A program made the translations under genes and the position numbers. A DNA stretch of 64,000 bases from Spirochaetia bacterium (lineage in GTDB: Bacteria > Spirochaetota > Spirochaetia > SZUA-6 > Bin103), in the NCBI GenBank assembly GCA_965203905.1, contig CBDBDQ010000005.1, positions 7,488,001-7,552,000 on the forward strand, in the 5' to 3' direction. The notes beneath the pieces were generated by a model. It did no database searches and was not told where the DNA came from. It saw only the letters and a program-made list of their open reading frames with translations. Shown here one piece after another: positions 23,041 through 34,647 of this stretch; the stretch's first letter is position 1; every line of letters begins with the position of its first letter.

Positions 23041-23114
23041 TTCGGCCTTCGCGCGGCTCATGCGGCTGCGGTACCTTGTCCAACAGGCGCCGATGCGCCA
23101 TGTTAGACTAACCC

Positions 23115-24071
23115 ATGCAACAGCGGGACATCGCGCCGTACTGCGAACAGGTTCGCACCATCGAACGCAACGTGTGCGAGGTATTCATCGGCAAGCAGCG
23201 TCAGGTACGGCAGATGCTGATCGGGTTCATCGCCGGTCTGCACGTGCTGATCGAAGACGTCCCGGGGGTCGGCAAGACCACGCTGGCGCGCTGCCTGGCG
23301 GCCAGCACCGGCATCGACTACGGCCGCATCCAGTTTACTCCGGATCTGCTGCCCGGCGACATCGTCGGGATGACGGTGTGGAACAACGAGAACCGCCAGT
23401 TCGAATTCAAGCAGGGTGCCATCATGCACCAGTTCATCCTGGCGGACGAGATCAACCGCGCGTCGCCGCGCACCCAGTCCAGCCTGCTGGAGGCGATGCA
23501 GGAAGGCTCGGTGACCGTGGACGGCACCACCTACCGGCTGCCGGAGCCGTTCTTCGTCATCGCCACCCAGAACCCGGTCACCTTCATCGGCGTGTTCCAC
23601 CTCCCCGAGGGGGAGCTCGACCGTTTCGGCATCTCCCTGTCGATCGGCTATCCCCACAGCGACGACGAGGTTCGTATCCTGGACCAGTACGCGGCGGATC
23701 CGCTGCACGAGCTGCAGCCGGTGGTGCAGCCCGAGGACGTGAAAGAGCTGCGCAGCGTGGTGAGCTCCGTCACGGTCTCGCCCGACGTGCGCCGCTTCAT
23801 CATCGGGCTGGCCAACCAGACCCGCACCAGTTCCCTGCTGCGGCTCGGCATCAGTCCGCGCGCTTCGCAGCACATCATGCTGGCCGCGCAGGCTGAGGCG
23901 CTGATCACGGGCCGCGACTACGTGATGCCGGAAGACGTGATGGCCGTGGCCGGCATCGTGCTCACGCACCGCGTGGTGCTTTCGGCCGAGGCGCGCATGG
24001 AGAACCTGTCCCCGGCGCAGGTGGTGGAGCGGATCCTGCAGCAGGTACCGATACCCACCGGGCTGTCGTGA
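23115..24071 (+). CDS. moxR: MoxR-family AAA+ ATPase
   Basis: HVLIEDVPGVGKT; RIQFTPDLLPGD; LADEINRASPRTQS; ATQNP. Confidence 0.95.
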   Translation: MQQRDIAPYCEQVRTIERNVCEVFIGKQRQVRQMLIGFIAGLHVLIEDVPGVGKTTLARCLAASTGIDYGRIQFTPDLLPGDIVGMTVWNNENRQFEFKQGAIMHQFILADEINRASPRTQSSLLEAMQEGSVTVDGTTYRLPEPFFVIATQNPVTFIGVFHLPEGELDRFGISLSIGYPHSDDEVRILDQYAADPLHELQPVVQPEDVKELRSVVSSVTVSPDVRRFIIGLANQTRTSSLLRLGISPRASQHIMLAAQAEALITGRDYVMPEDVMAVAGIVLTHRVVLSAEARMENLSPAQVVERILQQVPIPTGLS

Positions 24072-25375
24072 GCAGCCGCCTGGCCCCGACGCCGTTGCAG
24101 TGGGGAGCGCGCCTGGTGGCGCGGTTCCCCTTTACGTTGCGGCTGCGTGCCTGCGGCATCTACCTGTTCGCCATCGTCATCGGCTACCTGGCGGCCGCCT
24201 ACCTGGGGACCTTCTTCGCGGTGTTCGCCACCATGTTCATCCTGCTGCCGCTGATCTCCCTGCTGCTGCTGGTGATCGCCAGCGCCGGCCTGCGCTACAG
24301 CCAGCACTTCAGCAACGAGCAGCCGGTCAAGGGGCAGGAGCTGCAGTATCGCTGCATCATCGAAAACGGCTCCGCCCTTCCCCTGCCGCGGGTGCGGGCG
24401 CTGTTTCGCGCGATTCGTCCCACGGCGGACGCCGCCCACGACAGCGGGAGCGGGGACGGCGCGGCCTCCCAGAGCCTGCTCACCTACCTCCCCGGCCACC
24501 AGTACGTGGAGCGGGAACAGACCGTGCAACTGCCCTACCGCGGCATCTACACCGTGGGGCTGGACCGCATCGAGCTGGGTGACACGCTGCAGCTGTTCAC
24601 GGTGCGCCCCCGCGTCAAGGTGCGGGAGTTCCGGGTCTACCCGCGCATCCTCCCCATCGGCAGCTTCGAACCCGGCTCGGAGCGGCGCCTGGGCACCTCC
24701 GAGGTGGGCTCGCTCGGCACCCTGCCCGACTATTCGCTGTTCAACCAGCTGCGCGAGTACCGGCCCGGCGAATCGGTGCGCCACCTGGCGTGGAAGAAGT
24801 TCGCCAGCACCGGGGTGCCGGTGGTCAAGGAGTACGACTCGACCAGCGAGCCCGCGGTGAGCATCTACGTGGACCTGCGGCCGGTACCGCCCGCCGCCCC
24901 CGATGTGCTGCTGACCGAAGACGTTACCGTGGAAGCCCTGGTGGCACTGGTGAACCACTTCCTGCAGCGCAACCTGCCGGTCACGGTACGTGCCGCGAGC
25001 CGCGAGCTGTACGAGTTCATCGGCGACCACAGCTCGGACTTCGCACGCTTCTACGAGTCTACCTTCGAGCTGCTGTTCGTCAGCGACATCTCCGCCGCGC
25101 GCCTCTACGAGACCCATCTGGAGACCGGCATGAACACCGAGGTCAACTCGATGTTCTTCATCACCCACCTGCTCGACCCCGAAATCCTGCTGCTGCTCGA
25201 AGAGCAGCGCGCCAGCAACTTTCAGGTGACGCTGATCTACAACCAGACGGCGGGGGTGGGAGATACCCACGGCGCCTACTTCAGCCGCCTGCGCGAGCAG
25301 GGCACGCGGGTGGTCACGCTGCGCAGCGCAGGCTCGATCGTCGCCGACCTGGAGGCAGGCCATGAAGAAAGTTGA
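24068..25375 (+). CDS. DUF58 domain membrane protein
   Basis: N-terminal TM helices; LREYRPGESVRHLAWKKFA...VKEY; GTGA overlap with moxR. Confidence 0.88.
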   Translation: MSSRLAPTPLQWGARLVARFPFTLRLRACGIYLFAIVIGYLAAAYLGTFFAVFATMFILLPLISLLLLVIASAGLRYSQHFSNEQPVKGQELQYRCIIENGSALPLPRVRALFRAIRPTADAAHDSGSGDGAASQSLLTYLPGHQYVEREQTVQLPYRGIYTVGLDRIELGDTLQLFTVRPRVKVREFRVYPRILPIGSFEPGSERRLGTSEVGSLGTLPDYSLFNQLREYRPGESVRHLAWKKFASTGVPVVKEYDSTSEPAVSIYVDLRPVPPAAPDVLLTEDVTVEALVALVNHFLQRNLPVTVRAASRELYEFIGDHSSDFARFYESTFELLFVSDISAARLYETHLETGMNTEVNSMFFITHLLDPEILLLLEEQRASNFQVTLIYNQTAGVGDTHGAYFSRLREQGTRVVTLRSAGSIVADLEAGHEES

Positions 25376-27521
25376 GTGGTGGTTGTCCGCCGAACGGATC
25401 AAGGCACTGCTGGCGGTGGGGTACGGGGTGGGGATCCCCCTGCTGTTCTGGGCCAACACGCAGTCGTCGCTGGCGCTGTATCTGCTGCTGGCGGTGGTGG
25501 TCCCGATGACGGTGCTGCACGTCAGCCGGGCGCTGGCGCGGGGCGCGCTGCGCGCGACGCTGAGCACGGTCTCGCTGCTGGCGACGGCGGCGTTCGGGGT
25601 GTCGGTGCTGATCGGCATCATCATCACTCCCTTCTCCGCCTACAAGCTGTGGTTCGAGGCGATGGCCGAAGGCACCGGGACCGGAACGGTTTCCAACCTG
25701 TTCACCCTGCTGTCCGCGTTCTTTTCCACCTCCCTGGGAGCCACCTTCATCAGCATGGGCTACGTGTGGCCGCTGCTGCTGTCCGCGGCCTTCGTGTCCG
25801 CCCTGGTCGCGGTAATTCTGCAGGTCACCCCGCTGTACGTGCTTACCCTCGTGGCCGGCCTCGTCTGCGTCTGCTACCTGCTGTTCCGCGGGCGCGAGGG
25901 CAGCTACCGGATCCGGCGCGCGGTGTACGCGAGCGGCCTGTTCGCCGCGGTGCTGGTGAGCGCCACCCTGCTGTCCGGCAGCCGCGCCGCCACCGGCAGC
26001 CAGTTCATCGACGTGACCCTGCATCCGCAGCTGCGCCAGTACGTGTCCAACACCCTGCCACAGTTTCCCCTGCTGTACGGCATTCCCGGCTACGGCTACT
26101 CGTTCCAGGAGCGCTCCCTGGGCGGCTCGCCGGTGCTCTCACCGCTGCCGATTTTCCGGGTGACGGCAGACGTCGACGGTCCGCTGTACCTGAAGACCGA
26201 CGTGTTCGACTACTACGACGGCAAGAACTGGAAGACCACCTTCAAGCCGGAGCACAGCATCTCCCCGGATTCGGTGCTGCTGCGCGGCCGCCCGCGCCGG
26301 CGCGACGCGGCGATTCGGGTGGAGCTGCTGATCGACTTCTACAACAAGCTGCCCTACACCCTGGACGCCAGCGTGTTCCGCTTCGGGCGCAACGTTCCGG
26401 TTCTGGACAACGGCCACTTCCACCGCGGCTTCCAACTGGTCGAGCCGCTGGTGGCGGGCGACGTGCTGTTCATCGAGCGCGACGGCGCGGCAGCCACCGA
26501 GCTGTCGGACGAGGAACGCCGCCGCTACCTGCAGTTGCCGCGCGGGATCAGCCGCGAAGTGCGGGAAATCGCGGCCAGCTTCGAGGACCCCGCGATCACG
26601 CCGCGCCAGCACATGAACGGCATCGCCAACTACCTGTCGGATACCTGCACCTACTCCCTCAACGTGGACAACCTGCGCCGTTCCGAGGATTTTCTGGACA
26701 AGTTCCTGTTCGAGGAGCGGAAGGGCTACTGCGTGCACTTCGCCACGGCGTTCACCGCCCTGGCGCGGCTCAACGGCTACCCGGCGCGCTACAACACCGG
26801 CTTCCTGATCAACTTCCCCGCCGGCAAGGACGAAACCGACGTGACCGGCCTCGCCGCCCACAGCTGGCCCGAGGTCTGGATCGAGGACAGTGGCTGGGTG
26901 CGCTGGGAGGCGACGCCGGCGGTGAACCCCAGCGCCTACAGCAACTTCTTCGACGAGGAAGAGCTGCTGGCGATGTACGGGTTCGAGATGGAGATGGACT
27001 CCTTCACGCTGCGCCAGGTGCAGTCGATCCTCGGCGACCGCGAGCTGGACGTACCGCTGGAGGATGCCGAGGGAGCGCTGGCCGAGCAGCAGGCCTGGTC
27101 GCCGTGGCAGATCGGCGGCGCGGTTGCCGCCGCGCTGGTGCTGGCGCTGCTCGTCTGGCGCGCGATCCGCCGTCTGCGGGCGCAGCCGGTGGCGCGCGAG
27201 TTGCGACCGCTGATCCGCCTGTCGCAGCGCTACGTGCTGCTGGGGCGCACGCTGGGCGTGCCCGATCCGCGCCGCACCGGCTGGGTGGCGTGGCGCGACG
27301 CCTACCGCGAGCGCAGCGCACGCCGGGCGCCGGCCGCGCGGCGCCTGCTGGAGCGGTTCACCACCGTGGTGGCGCAGGCCGTATACGGCGGCCGCCACGC
27401 CACCGCGCGCGACCTGCGCTTCATCCGCGCCGCCTACTGGCGCCTGCTGCGCTACCGCCTGTTCGGTACGCGCCGCGCGCAGACCGCTTCCGAGCCGGCG
27501 TCCGATTCCGCCGCGCAGTAG
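25362..27521 (+). CDS. Membrane transglutaminase-like (TgpA-type) protein
   Basis: Several N-terminal TM helices; GYCVHFATAF; AHSWPEVW; WVRWEATP; standard moxR-DUF58-TGase order. Confidence 0.88.
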   Translation: MKKVEWWLSAERIKALLAVGYGVGIPLLFWANTQSSLALYLLLAVVVPMTVLHVSRALARGALRATLSTVSLLATAAFGVSVLIGIIITPFSAYKLWFEAMAEGTGTGTVSNLFTLLSAFFSTSLGATFISMGYVWPLLLSAAFVSALVAVILQVTPLYVLTLVAGLVCVCYLLFRGREGSYRIRRAVYASGLFAAVLVSATLLSGSRAATGSQFIDVTLHPQLRQYVSNTLPQFPLLYGIPGYGYSFQERSLGGSPVLSPLPIFRVTADVDGPLYLKTDVFDYYDGKNWKTTFKPEHSISPDSVLLRGRPRRRDAAIRVELLIDFYNKLPYTLDASVFRFGRNVPVLDNGHFHRGFQLVEPLVAGDVLFIERDGAAATELSDEERRRYLQLPRGISREVREIAASFEDPAITPRQHMNGIANYLSDTCTYSLNVDNLRRSEDFLDKFLFEERKGYCVHFATAFTALARLNGYPARYNTGFLINFPAGKDETDVTGLAAHSWPEVWIEDSGWVRWEATPAVNPSAYSNFFDEEELLAMYGFEMEMDSFTLRQVQSILGDRELDVPLEDAEGALAEQQAWSPWQIGGAVAAALVLALLVWRAIRRLRAQPVARELRPLIRLSQRYVLLGRTLGVPDPRRTGWVAWRDAYRERSARRAPAARRLLERFTTVVAQAVYGGRHATARDLRFIRAAYWRLLRYRLFGTRRAQTASEPASDSAAQ

Positions 27522-27559
27522 CTCCGAACCAGTACGAATACGTACCTTCTGTACGACAG

Positions 27560-28192
27560 ATGGCAGCGATTGAAGACAGGGCACGCGCCCGCGCGGACCG
27601 GAGCGAGAACGGTGTGCGGCGCGTGGCTCACGCGGCGTTCCCGACCCTGTTCGGGGAGTTCACATTGATCGGCTTCGAAGACCGCGAGACCGACAGCGAG
27701 CTCACCGCGGTGGTGCGCGGCAACGTGCGCGGCGCCACCGATTGTCCGGTGCGGGTGCACTCCGAGTGCCACACCGGCGACATCTTCGGCTCCCTGCGCT
27801 GCGACTGCCGCGAGCAACTGGAGGAGTCGCTGCGCTACATCGCCGCGCGCGACTGTGGTGCCGTAATCTACCTGCGCCAGGAGGGGCGCGGGATCGGCCT
27901 GCTGAACAAGATCCGCGCCTACCACCTGCAGGACCAGGGCCTGGACACCGTGGCCGCCAACGAACGGCTCGGCTTCCCGGCCGATGCCCGCGACTACCGG
28001 GTCGCCGCGCGCATCATCGAGCTGCTCGGCATCGCCTCGGTCCGCCTGCTGACCAACAATCCCGCCAAGATCACCGGCCTGCAGCAGGAGGGAATCACCG
28101 TCAGCGGCCGCATCCCGGTCGTGGTGCCCGCCAACCGCGTCAACGGACCCTACCTGGCCACCAAGCGCGCCCGCCTGGGCCACCTGCCGTAG
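27560..28192 (+). CDS. ribA: GTP cyclohydrolase II
   Basis: VRVHSECHTGDIFGSLRCDC; QEGRGIGL.NK; LLTNNP. Confidence 0.95.
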   Translation: MAAIEDRARARADRSENGVRRVAHAAFPTLFGEFTLIGFEDRETDSELTAVVRGNVRGATDCPVRVHSECHTGDIFGSLRCDCREQLEESLRYIAARDCGAVIYLRQEGRGIGLLNKIRAYHLQDQGLDTVAANERLGFPADARDYRVAARIIELLGIASVRLLTNNPAKITGLQQEGITVSGRIPVVVPANRVNGPYLATKRARLGHLP

Positions 28193-28200
28193 CTCGACTA

Positions 28201-31200
28201 CTAGCGCAGCGGTTGCCGCAGCAGCGCCAACAACTCGGCGGCGTCGAGGCGACCGGGTGCATCGGCGGCCGCCAGCAGGCGTTCGGCGAGGTCGCGCTTG
28301 TGCTGGTGAAGATCTACGATCTGCTCTTCGATGGTACCCTTCGTGACCAGACGATAGATCGTTACCGGACGCGTCTGGCCAATACGGTGGGCGCGGTCCG
28401 AAGCCTGATCCTCGACCGCCGGGTTCCACCACGGGTCCATGTGAATCACGTAGTCGGCAGCGGTAAGGTTCAGTCCGACGCCGCCCGCCGCCAGCGAAAT
28501 CAGGAACACTTCGCCCTGACCGGCCTGGAAGGCGGCGATACGCTCGCGACGCGCCGCGGCCGCGGTACCGCCGTCGAGATACTGATACGGTACCGCCTGT
28601 TGGTTCAGGTGAGCCTCGATCAGCTTCAGGTGGCCCACGAACTGCGAGAACACCAGCACCTTGTGGCCGTTTGCCAGCAGCTCGGCGAGGGTATCCGCAA
28701 ACATGGCCAGCTTGGAGCTCGGCGGTGCCGCGCCCGGGTGCACCAGGGCGGGGTTACAGCACGCCCGCCGGAGTCGCATCAGATGGGAGAGGATCCGCAG
28801 TCGGCGGTCACCGGCGTCCACGGCGGTGTCGGACATCCCCTCCAGATCCTCTACCGCGCGCAGCCGGAGCGCCTCGTAGAATGAGGCCTCGGCGGACGAC
28901 ATCTCCACGTGCAGGGTGATTTCGGTGCGCGGCGGCAGGTCACGCAGCACCTCCGTCTTCAACCGGCGGAGGATGAAGGGCGCCACCAGCCGCCGCAGTC
29001 GCTCCCGCGCCGCGCTGTCGGCACGCTGCTCGATCGGCGCGGCGAAGACGCGCCGGAAGTGCTGCCGAGATCCCAGCATGCCGGGGTTCAGGAAGCTGAA
29101 CAGCGAGTGCAGATCAGTAAGGTTGTTCTGGATCGGCGTGCCGGTGGTGACCAGGCGAAACCGGGCGTCGAGGCCGCGGGCGGCGCGGGCGCGCTTGGTA
29201 TCGGGATTCTTGATCGCCTGCGCTTCGTCGAGCACCACGCTGTTCCAGGAGACGGCGCGCAGCCGTTCCGCATCGATATGCAGCAGAGCGTAGGTGGTGA
29301 CTACCAGGTCGAACGCAGCGGGCGCCTCGAGCAGCCCGGCGCGCGCCGTTCCGACGCCGACATAGGCTGTCACGTTGAGCCGCGGCGCGAAGCGGCGTGC
29401 CTCGGCGAGCCAGTTGGCGACGACGGAGGTAGGAACCACCACCAGCGCCGGCCCCGCCGGGGCACGCTTTAGCAACAGCGCCAGCACCTGGACGGTCTTG
29501 CCGAGGCCCATGTCGTCGGCCAGACAGGCGCCTGCTCCCCAGCGGCTCAAGCGCGCCAACCAGCGGAATCCGTCTCGTTGATAGGGACGCAGCCTACCTT
29601 GCAGGGTTGGCGGCACTCTCGGGTCGAACTCCCGCGCCTCCCGCAGCCGCTGCTGCAGCGCCTCCCACTGCGCGTCCGCTTCGAGCTGGGTTTCCGCCAG
29701 GAGCTCGCTCAGGGCGAGTGAGCTGAGGGGGTGCACGCGGATCTCGCCGTGCGCCGCCGGCGACGACAGGCCGCGCAGATCGTCCAACTGGCGCCGGAAC
29801 GAGGCAGTCAATGCCAGGAACTCGCCCCCGGTCAGCTCCAGGAATCGAGCGCCCGGTTGCGCGTCGAGCAACGTGAACAACTGCTTCAGGTCCAGGGTAC
29901 GCCGGGGATCGATTGCCAGTTCGCCGCTGGCGCGCAGCCACTCGTCACTGGACTTGATGCGCAGCTTGAGCTGCGCCGGCTCGCCACGCACGACCTTGAA
30001 GGGTTGCCCACGTGGCCACAGACAGCGGGCGCTTGCCGCGGCGAGTTGCTCCAGCAGCTCAAGGGATTGCGCCACTTCGGGCAACTGCAGCGACCATCGC
30101 TCACGATCGATCCCGGTCAGGCGCGGGCAGGCTGCCGCCAGCATCATGGCCGCGGCCCGTTCCTGCTGCAGATCGCGCCGCACCTGCAGTGCTTCGCCGT
30201 CGCGGTACCCGAACACCAGCTCGCTGCCACCCCCGGGAGCAAAGTAGAGCTCGGACTCCGGCAACGGCTCCACCACCAGCGTCGCGGCCAGCCCGGCCGC
30301 GAGCGGCTCAAGCCGGACGCTTGGTTGCGTGTGTCCAGCCACCGGGCGCCCCGCCGGCGCGGCGCCCGGCACGTCGTCGCCACGCACGCGCACGAGCGAC
30401 ACCAGGCCTGCAGCAGCCTCCAACAGGCGCGCCGCGGCCGCTGCGGGAAGCCGCAGACCGCCACGGGGCACCATTTCCCGCAGTCGCTGCTGCTGCCGGG
30501 TGGCGTTCAGCGTCTCGCAGCGCCGGTCGCCGGCCATGTGGGAGTGGTAGCCTGCGCCATCCCAATCATCGGGCAACAGGCGCAGGCAGACGCTGCCGCC
30601 CTGCCGCTCCATCACCAGTTCCGGCGCGCCGCGCACCACTTCGACGGTATCGCCGGCCGCGTTTACGACGCGAGGATGTCCGGCAAGCTCGAACAGAATT
30701 TCGTGCGCTACTTCGTGCATCGGCCAGCCGCGGGCATGATTGTCGATTGCGACCGCGGCGGCACGGTCCTGCGGCAACAGGTCCGCGGCACCGATTGCGC
30801 GCTCGGCGAGCCACTCCTGCGATCGTAGCTGCCCCCTGGTCCACCTGCCGTTGCGCGCGACCTGCTCCTCGTACGCGGCAACTTCCAGACGGCCATGGCG
30901 GTGGCGCAGCTTCCAGGTCAGCCGGCGCCGACGCTCGGCCACGCCGTGTCCGGCAACCGTGCCGGCCTGGCGCCGCGTCACGAACGAAAAATGCTCCAAC
31001 GCCTTGAGCGGTGCTTCCCAGGGGGCGAGCGACGCTACCACCCCGGCCAGGGTTCTGGTGCCGAGCCGGGCGTGCAGCCGCACCGCCTGTTTGCCGGCGG
31101 CGGCATGCGACCGGCCGCCAGCCGGATGCAGATCGGCACGGGGGTCTGCGATGACCGTCAGACACTCCGCCAGAGTCCAGAGCACCCCGCCGGCTGCCAG

Positions 31201-32349
31201 CCGTTCCACGTAGCCATGGAATGCTGCACTGCTTCGGGGCGGGAGTAGCGGTTCGGGTTCGCTCCCGGTCCAGCATCCCGCCAGTCCCAGCAGCAGCATG
31301 TTGAATCCCCGCGTGGCGAAATCGAACGTCCAGGGGTGCCGGCTGCGACCGGTGCGCAGTGCGGCCGCATACTCGACCGCCATCGCGATCGAGGTCGCCG
31401 TACCGGTCCGCGGCACATCGAAAAACGCCTCGAACAGGTTCCGGTCGGCCGGGGAATCGCGCTGCACCAGCGCCAGCAGGGAGAGCGCGAGCGGTGCCGA
31501 CAGCACCGCCCCATGGCGTCCTCGCGGTCCCTCGATGCGCGCGCCGTGGTGGCCTTCGAGGCAGCGCCGTGCGGTCTCGTAGTCGCCGCGCAGCAGGGCG
31601 ACGAGGGCCTGCACGGCCGTGTGCCCGGAGCGCACCGAGGGGTGGTCGCTCCGCTCCCGCGGAACCCTGTCGAACTCCTCGAGCGCGGCATCCATTCGTC
31701 CCTGCAGCACGCGGATGAAGGCGATGTCGGCTGCCTGCGACGGCAGGTCCGCGCCGTAGGCGTAGCAGGCGGCGACAATCGGATCGGCCGGCGCCGCGTC
31801 AAAGATCACCTCGCGCAGGCAGGTGCGCAGCGCCGGTCCCTGGTGGCGTTCGGGCAGGGTGGCAAGCAGGTCGGCAGCGTCGGGGTACGCCAGAAACGAC
31901 CAGCACTCGTCGGGTACCCGGTCCGGAACCGCGGCGAACGTCCCGGATACGGTATTGCAGCGTACTTCCATACGCTCCCAGTCCTGGCGGAAACTGCGCG
32001 AGCACGACTCCGCTTCTTCCCGGTGGGCGCTCCGGATCGGCTCCAGCATGCCGCGGCGCGCCGCTTCCCGCGTGAGCCAGGTTGCCGCCTGCCGCGCCCC
32101 GGCGAAGGTATCCTTACGCGCGCGGACCCGCGCCACCAGTCCGCTCTCGACCGCTTCTTGAGCGGCCCGGGTGACACCGGCAATGGTGAGGACCCTGCCG
32201 TTCAACCTGATACCGGCAGCGCGCAGGACCCGCGCCAATTCGGTTGTCTCACGGACGATGGGGTAGATCGATCCGCACAGCAGCGCGACGAGGCGCGCCG
32301 GGGGCGCCAGCGCCCGGAACCGGGCCGCCACGTCGCCGGGAGCAGTCAC
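28201..32349 (-). CDS. Large SNF2-family (DEXD) helicase/ATPase with long uncharacterised N-terminus
   Basis: LRPYQ; [10 protein letters not shown]; [10 protein letters not shown]; TGTPIQN; [11 protein letters not shown]; [19 protein letters not shown]; GTG start overlaps the upstream TGA. Confidence 0.92.
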   Translation of the reverse strand: MTAPGDVAARFRALAPPARLVALLCGSIYPIVRETTELARVLRAAGIRLNGRVLTIAGVTRAAQEAVESGLVARVRARKDTFAGARQAATWLTREAARRGMLEPIRSAHREEAESCSRSFRQDWERMEVRCNTVSGTFAAVPDRVPDECWSFLAYPDAADLLATLPERHQGPALRTCLREVIFDAAPADPIVAACYAYGADLPSQAADIAFIRVLQGRMDAALEEFDRVPRERSDHPSVRSGHTAVQALVALLRGDYETARRCLEGHHGARIEGPRGRHGAVLSAPLALSLLALVQRDSPADRNLFEAFFDVPRTGTATSIAMAVEYAAALRTGRSRHPWTFDFATRGFNMLLLGLAGCWTGSEPEPLLPPRSSAAFHGYVERLAAGGVLWTLAECLTVIADPRADLHPAGGRSHAAAGKQAVRLHARLGTRTLAGVVASLAPWEAPLKALEHFSFVTRRQAGTVAGHGVAERRRRLTWKLRHRHGRLEVAAYEEQVARNGRWTRGQLRSQEWLAERAIGAADLLPQDRAAAVAIDNHARGWPMHEVAHEILFELAGHPRVVNAAGDTVEVVRGAPELVMERQGGSVCLRLLPDDWDGAGYHSHMAGDRRCETLNATRQQQRLREMVPRGGLRLPAAAAARLLEAAAGLVSLVRVRGDDVPGAAPAGRPVAGHTQPSVRLEPLAAGLAATLVVEPLPESELYFAPGGGSELVFGYRDGEALQVRRDLQQERAAAMMLAAACPRLTGIDRERWSLQLPEVAQSLELLEQLAAASARCLWPRGQPFKVVRGEPAQLKLRIKSSDEWLRASGELAIDPRRTLDLKQLFTLLDAQPGARFLELTGGEFLALTASFRRQLDDLRGLSSPAAHGEIRVHPLSSLALSELLAETQLEADAQWEALQQRLREAREFDPRVPPTLQGRLRPYQRDGFRWLARLSRWGAGACLADDMGLGKTVQVLALLLKRAPAGPALVVVPTSVVANWLAEARRFAPRLNVTAYVGVGTARAGLLEAPAAFDLVVTTYALLHIDAERLRAVSWNSVVLDEAQAIKNPDTKRARAARGLDARFRLVTTGTPIQNNLTDLHSLFSFLNPGMLGSRQHFRRVFAAPIEQRADSAARERLRRLVAPFILRRLKTEVLRDLPPRTEITLHVEMSSAEASFYEALRLRAVEDLEGMSDTAVDAGDRRLRILSHLMRLRRACCNPALVHPGAAPPSSKLAMFADTLAELLANGHKVLVFSQFVGHLKLIEAHLNQQAVPYQYLDGGTAAAARRERIAAFQAGQGEVFLISLAAGGVGLNLTAADYVIHMDPWWNPAVEDQASDRAHRIGQTRPVTIYRLVTKGTIEEQIVDLHQHKRDLAERLLAAADAPGRLDAAELLALLRQPLR

Positions 32350-34502
32350 CGTGCCGCAAGGAGCTGCCGGGCGAGCGCGGCCGGTGTGGTCACCGGCAGG
32401 TCGCAGGTGAAGTTGCGGCACACGTAGGCACGCGCGCCGGGACCGGCGTCGCCCATCGCGGCGACGGCGGGGTGGCGCTGCCGCCACCAGGGAACGGCGG
32501 CGCTGTCCAGGTGCACGACGAGCGCCTCGGGAAGGTAGTGGCGGGCCAACTCGTGGCGCAACGGAGCGGTCTCCTCCCACTCGCCGGCCAGCACCACCTC
32601 GACCGGGGCGCCGGCGGCCAGGTCGGCCGCCACCGCCAGCAGCGGCATCGCGGTCGGCTGTGCGGCGGCCGCGCCGGCGACGGCTTCCAGCGCCCGTCGG
32701 GCGGCATCCTGCCACTCCGCACGCCCGGTAAGCCTGCCGAGGCGCAGCAGGCCGAGCACCCCGGCGGCGGTTCCCGAGGGCTCCGCCGAGTCGTACAGCT
32801 CGCTGGTGCGCACGATCAGGTCGGACTGCCCGCCGGGAGTGTCGTAGAGCGCCCCGTTGGGAGCGGCGAACAGCTCCAGGATGGCGTCGGCGAGCTGCCC
32901 TGCCAGCTCCAGCACCCACACCTTGCCGTTGCTCTGGTACAGCTCCAACAGCCCCTCGACCAGGTAGGCGTAGTCGGCCAGACCGGCGGCGTGGCGGGCT
33001 TCGCCACCGCGGTACCGGCGCAGCAGCCGTCCCTCCTGCACCAGCTCGCGGCGTACGAAGGCCGCTGCGGCAGCGGCTCCCGCAACGAAGTCATCGCGCT
33101 GCAAGACCCGTCCGGCCGCTGCCAGAGCGCCGATCGCCAGCCCGTTCCACGCCGCGATGACCTTGTCGTCCAGCAACGGGCGGGCGCGGCGGTCGCGGGC
33201 CGGCGTCAGCGCCGCCCGCCAGGGTTCCGGCAGCGGCCCGTCACCGCGCGCGCGGTACAGCACGTTGCCGTCGCCGAACTCGCCGTGCGGATCGGAGAGC
33301 GTGTTGCCCTTGGCGGTGAGGCCGTAGTCGGCGATCAGTTCCTCCGCGTCGCCCGCGCCGGCGTCGTGGAACGCCGCCCGCACCTGGTCGATGCTCCACA
33401 GGTAGAACGCGCCCTCGACCTTGTCCTCCGGACGCTCCGGGTCGCGGGCGGAGTCGGCATCCTCGGCTGAATAGAAGCCGCCCTCCGGGGCCTGCAGATC
33501 GTGCAGCAGGTAGTCGAGGGTGGCGGCGGCAACGGTTGCGTGGCCCTGGTCTCCGGTGATCTGGTAGGCGGCGGTGTAGGCGGAGGCGAGCTGCGCCTGG
33601 TCGTAGAGCATCTTCTCGAAGTGGGGGACCCGCCAGTAACGGTCCACGCTGTAGCGGTGGAACCCGCCGCCCAGGTGATCGTACATGCCGCCGCGCGCCA
33701 TCTGGCGCAGCGTCTGCAGCGCCATCTCCAGGCTCTGCTCGCTGCCGGCGCGCCGGTAGTGCTGGAACAGCGCGGCGAACACCGCCGGCCGCGGAAACTT
33801 CGGCGCGGCGCCGAACCCGCCGTGCTCGGCGTCGAAGGAGGACGCCAGGCCGTCCGCGACCGCGGCCAGCAGGTCGGGACCCTCCGGGGCCGCCGCCGGA
33901 CCCGCCACCGCGCCACCGGCTACCCCCGTGGCCTGGCGCACCGCCGTGGTGATGCGCGCCGCGGTAGCTTCCACGTCGTCCCTCCGCTCCCGCCAGTGGC
34001 GTGCCAGGAACAACAGCAGCTCCTGGAATCCCGGCCGGCCGTAGGCCGAGCGCGGCGGGAAGTAGGTGCCGGCGTAGAACGGCAGCCGCTGCGGCGTGAG
34101 GAATACCGACATCGGCCAGCCGCCGGAGCCGGTGACCGCCTGCACCACGCTCATGTAGATGCGGTCCACGTCCGGCCGCTCCTCGCGGTCGATCTTCACG
34201 TTGATGAAGTGCTCGTTCATGACCGCCGCGATCGCGTCGTCCTCGAACGACTCGTGCTCCATGACGTGACACCAGTGGCACGTGGAGTAGCCGACCGAGA
34301 CGAACAGCGGCTTGTCGGCGGCGGCGGCGGCGGCGAACGCCTCCTCCCCCCAGGGGTACCAGTCGACCGGGTTGAAGGCGTGCTGCAGAAGGTAGGGACT
34401 GCCCTCCTGGAGCAGGCGGTTGGAACGCAGGCCCGCGGCACGCCGGCGGGCGATGAAGGCCTCGGCGCGGTTGGCGGGGACAGCAGCGGAGGGATCGGGC
34501 AT
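32346..34502 (-). CDS. Thioredoxin-domain / glycoside-hydrolase-like protein (YyaL/DUF255/SPATA20 family)
   Basis: [19 protein letters not shown]; [10 protein letters not shown]; GGWPMS; [10 protein letters not shown]. Confidence 0.93.
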   Translation of the reverse strand: MPDPSAAVPANRAEAFIARRRAAGLRSNRLLQEGSPYLLQHAFNPVDWYPWGEEAFAAAAAADKPLFVSVGYSTCHWCHVMEHESFEDDAIAAVMNEHFINVKIDREERPDVDRIYMSVVQAVTGSGGWPMSVFLTPQRLPFYAGTYFPPRSAYGRPGFQELLLFLARHWRERRDDVEATAARITTAVRQATGVAGGAVAGPAAAPEGPDLLAAVADGLASSFDAEHGGFGAAPKFPRPAVFAALFQHYRRAGSEQSLEMALQTLRQMARGGMYDHLGGGFHRYSVDRYWRVPHFEKMLYDQAQLASAYTAAYQITGDQGHATVAAATLDYLLHDLQAPEGGFYSAEDADSARDPERPEDKVEGAFYLWSIDQVRAAFHDAGAGDAEELIADYGLTAKGNTLSDPHGEFGDGNVLYRARGDGPLPEPWRAALTPARDRRARPLLDDKVIAAWNGLAIGALAAAGRVLQRDDFVAGAAAAAAFVRRELVQEGRLLRRYRGGEARHAAGLADYAYLVEGLLELYQSNGKVWVLELAGQLADAILELFAAPNGALYDTPGGQSDLIVRTSELYDSAEPSGTAAGVLGLLRLGRLTGRAEWQDAARRALEAVAGAAAAQPTAMPLLAVAADLAAGAPVEVVLAGEWEETAPLRHELARHYLPEALVVHLDSAAVPWWRQRHPAVAAMGDAGPGARAYVCRNFTCDLPVTTPAALARQLLAAR

Positions 34503-34647
34503 GGGCCACGATACCAGGATGGACGGCCCGCGCCCAACACCGGCGCGCGCGGCTACCAGCGGCTACCCCGATGAACGCCGCACCACGCCGGCGGCGGGCA
34601 CGGCATCCCATCCTGACAGCGGGTGCGGCGGCGGGGTAGATTGCGCC

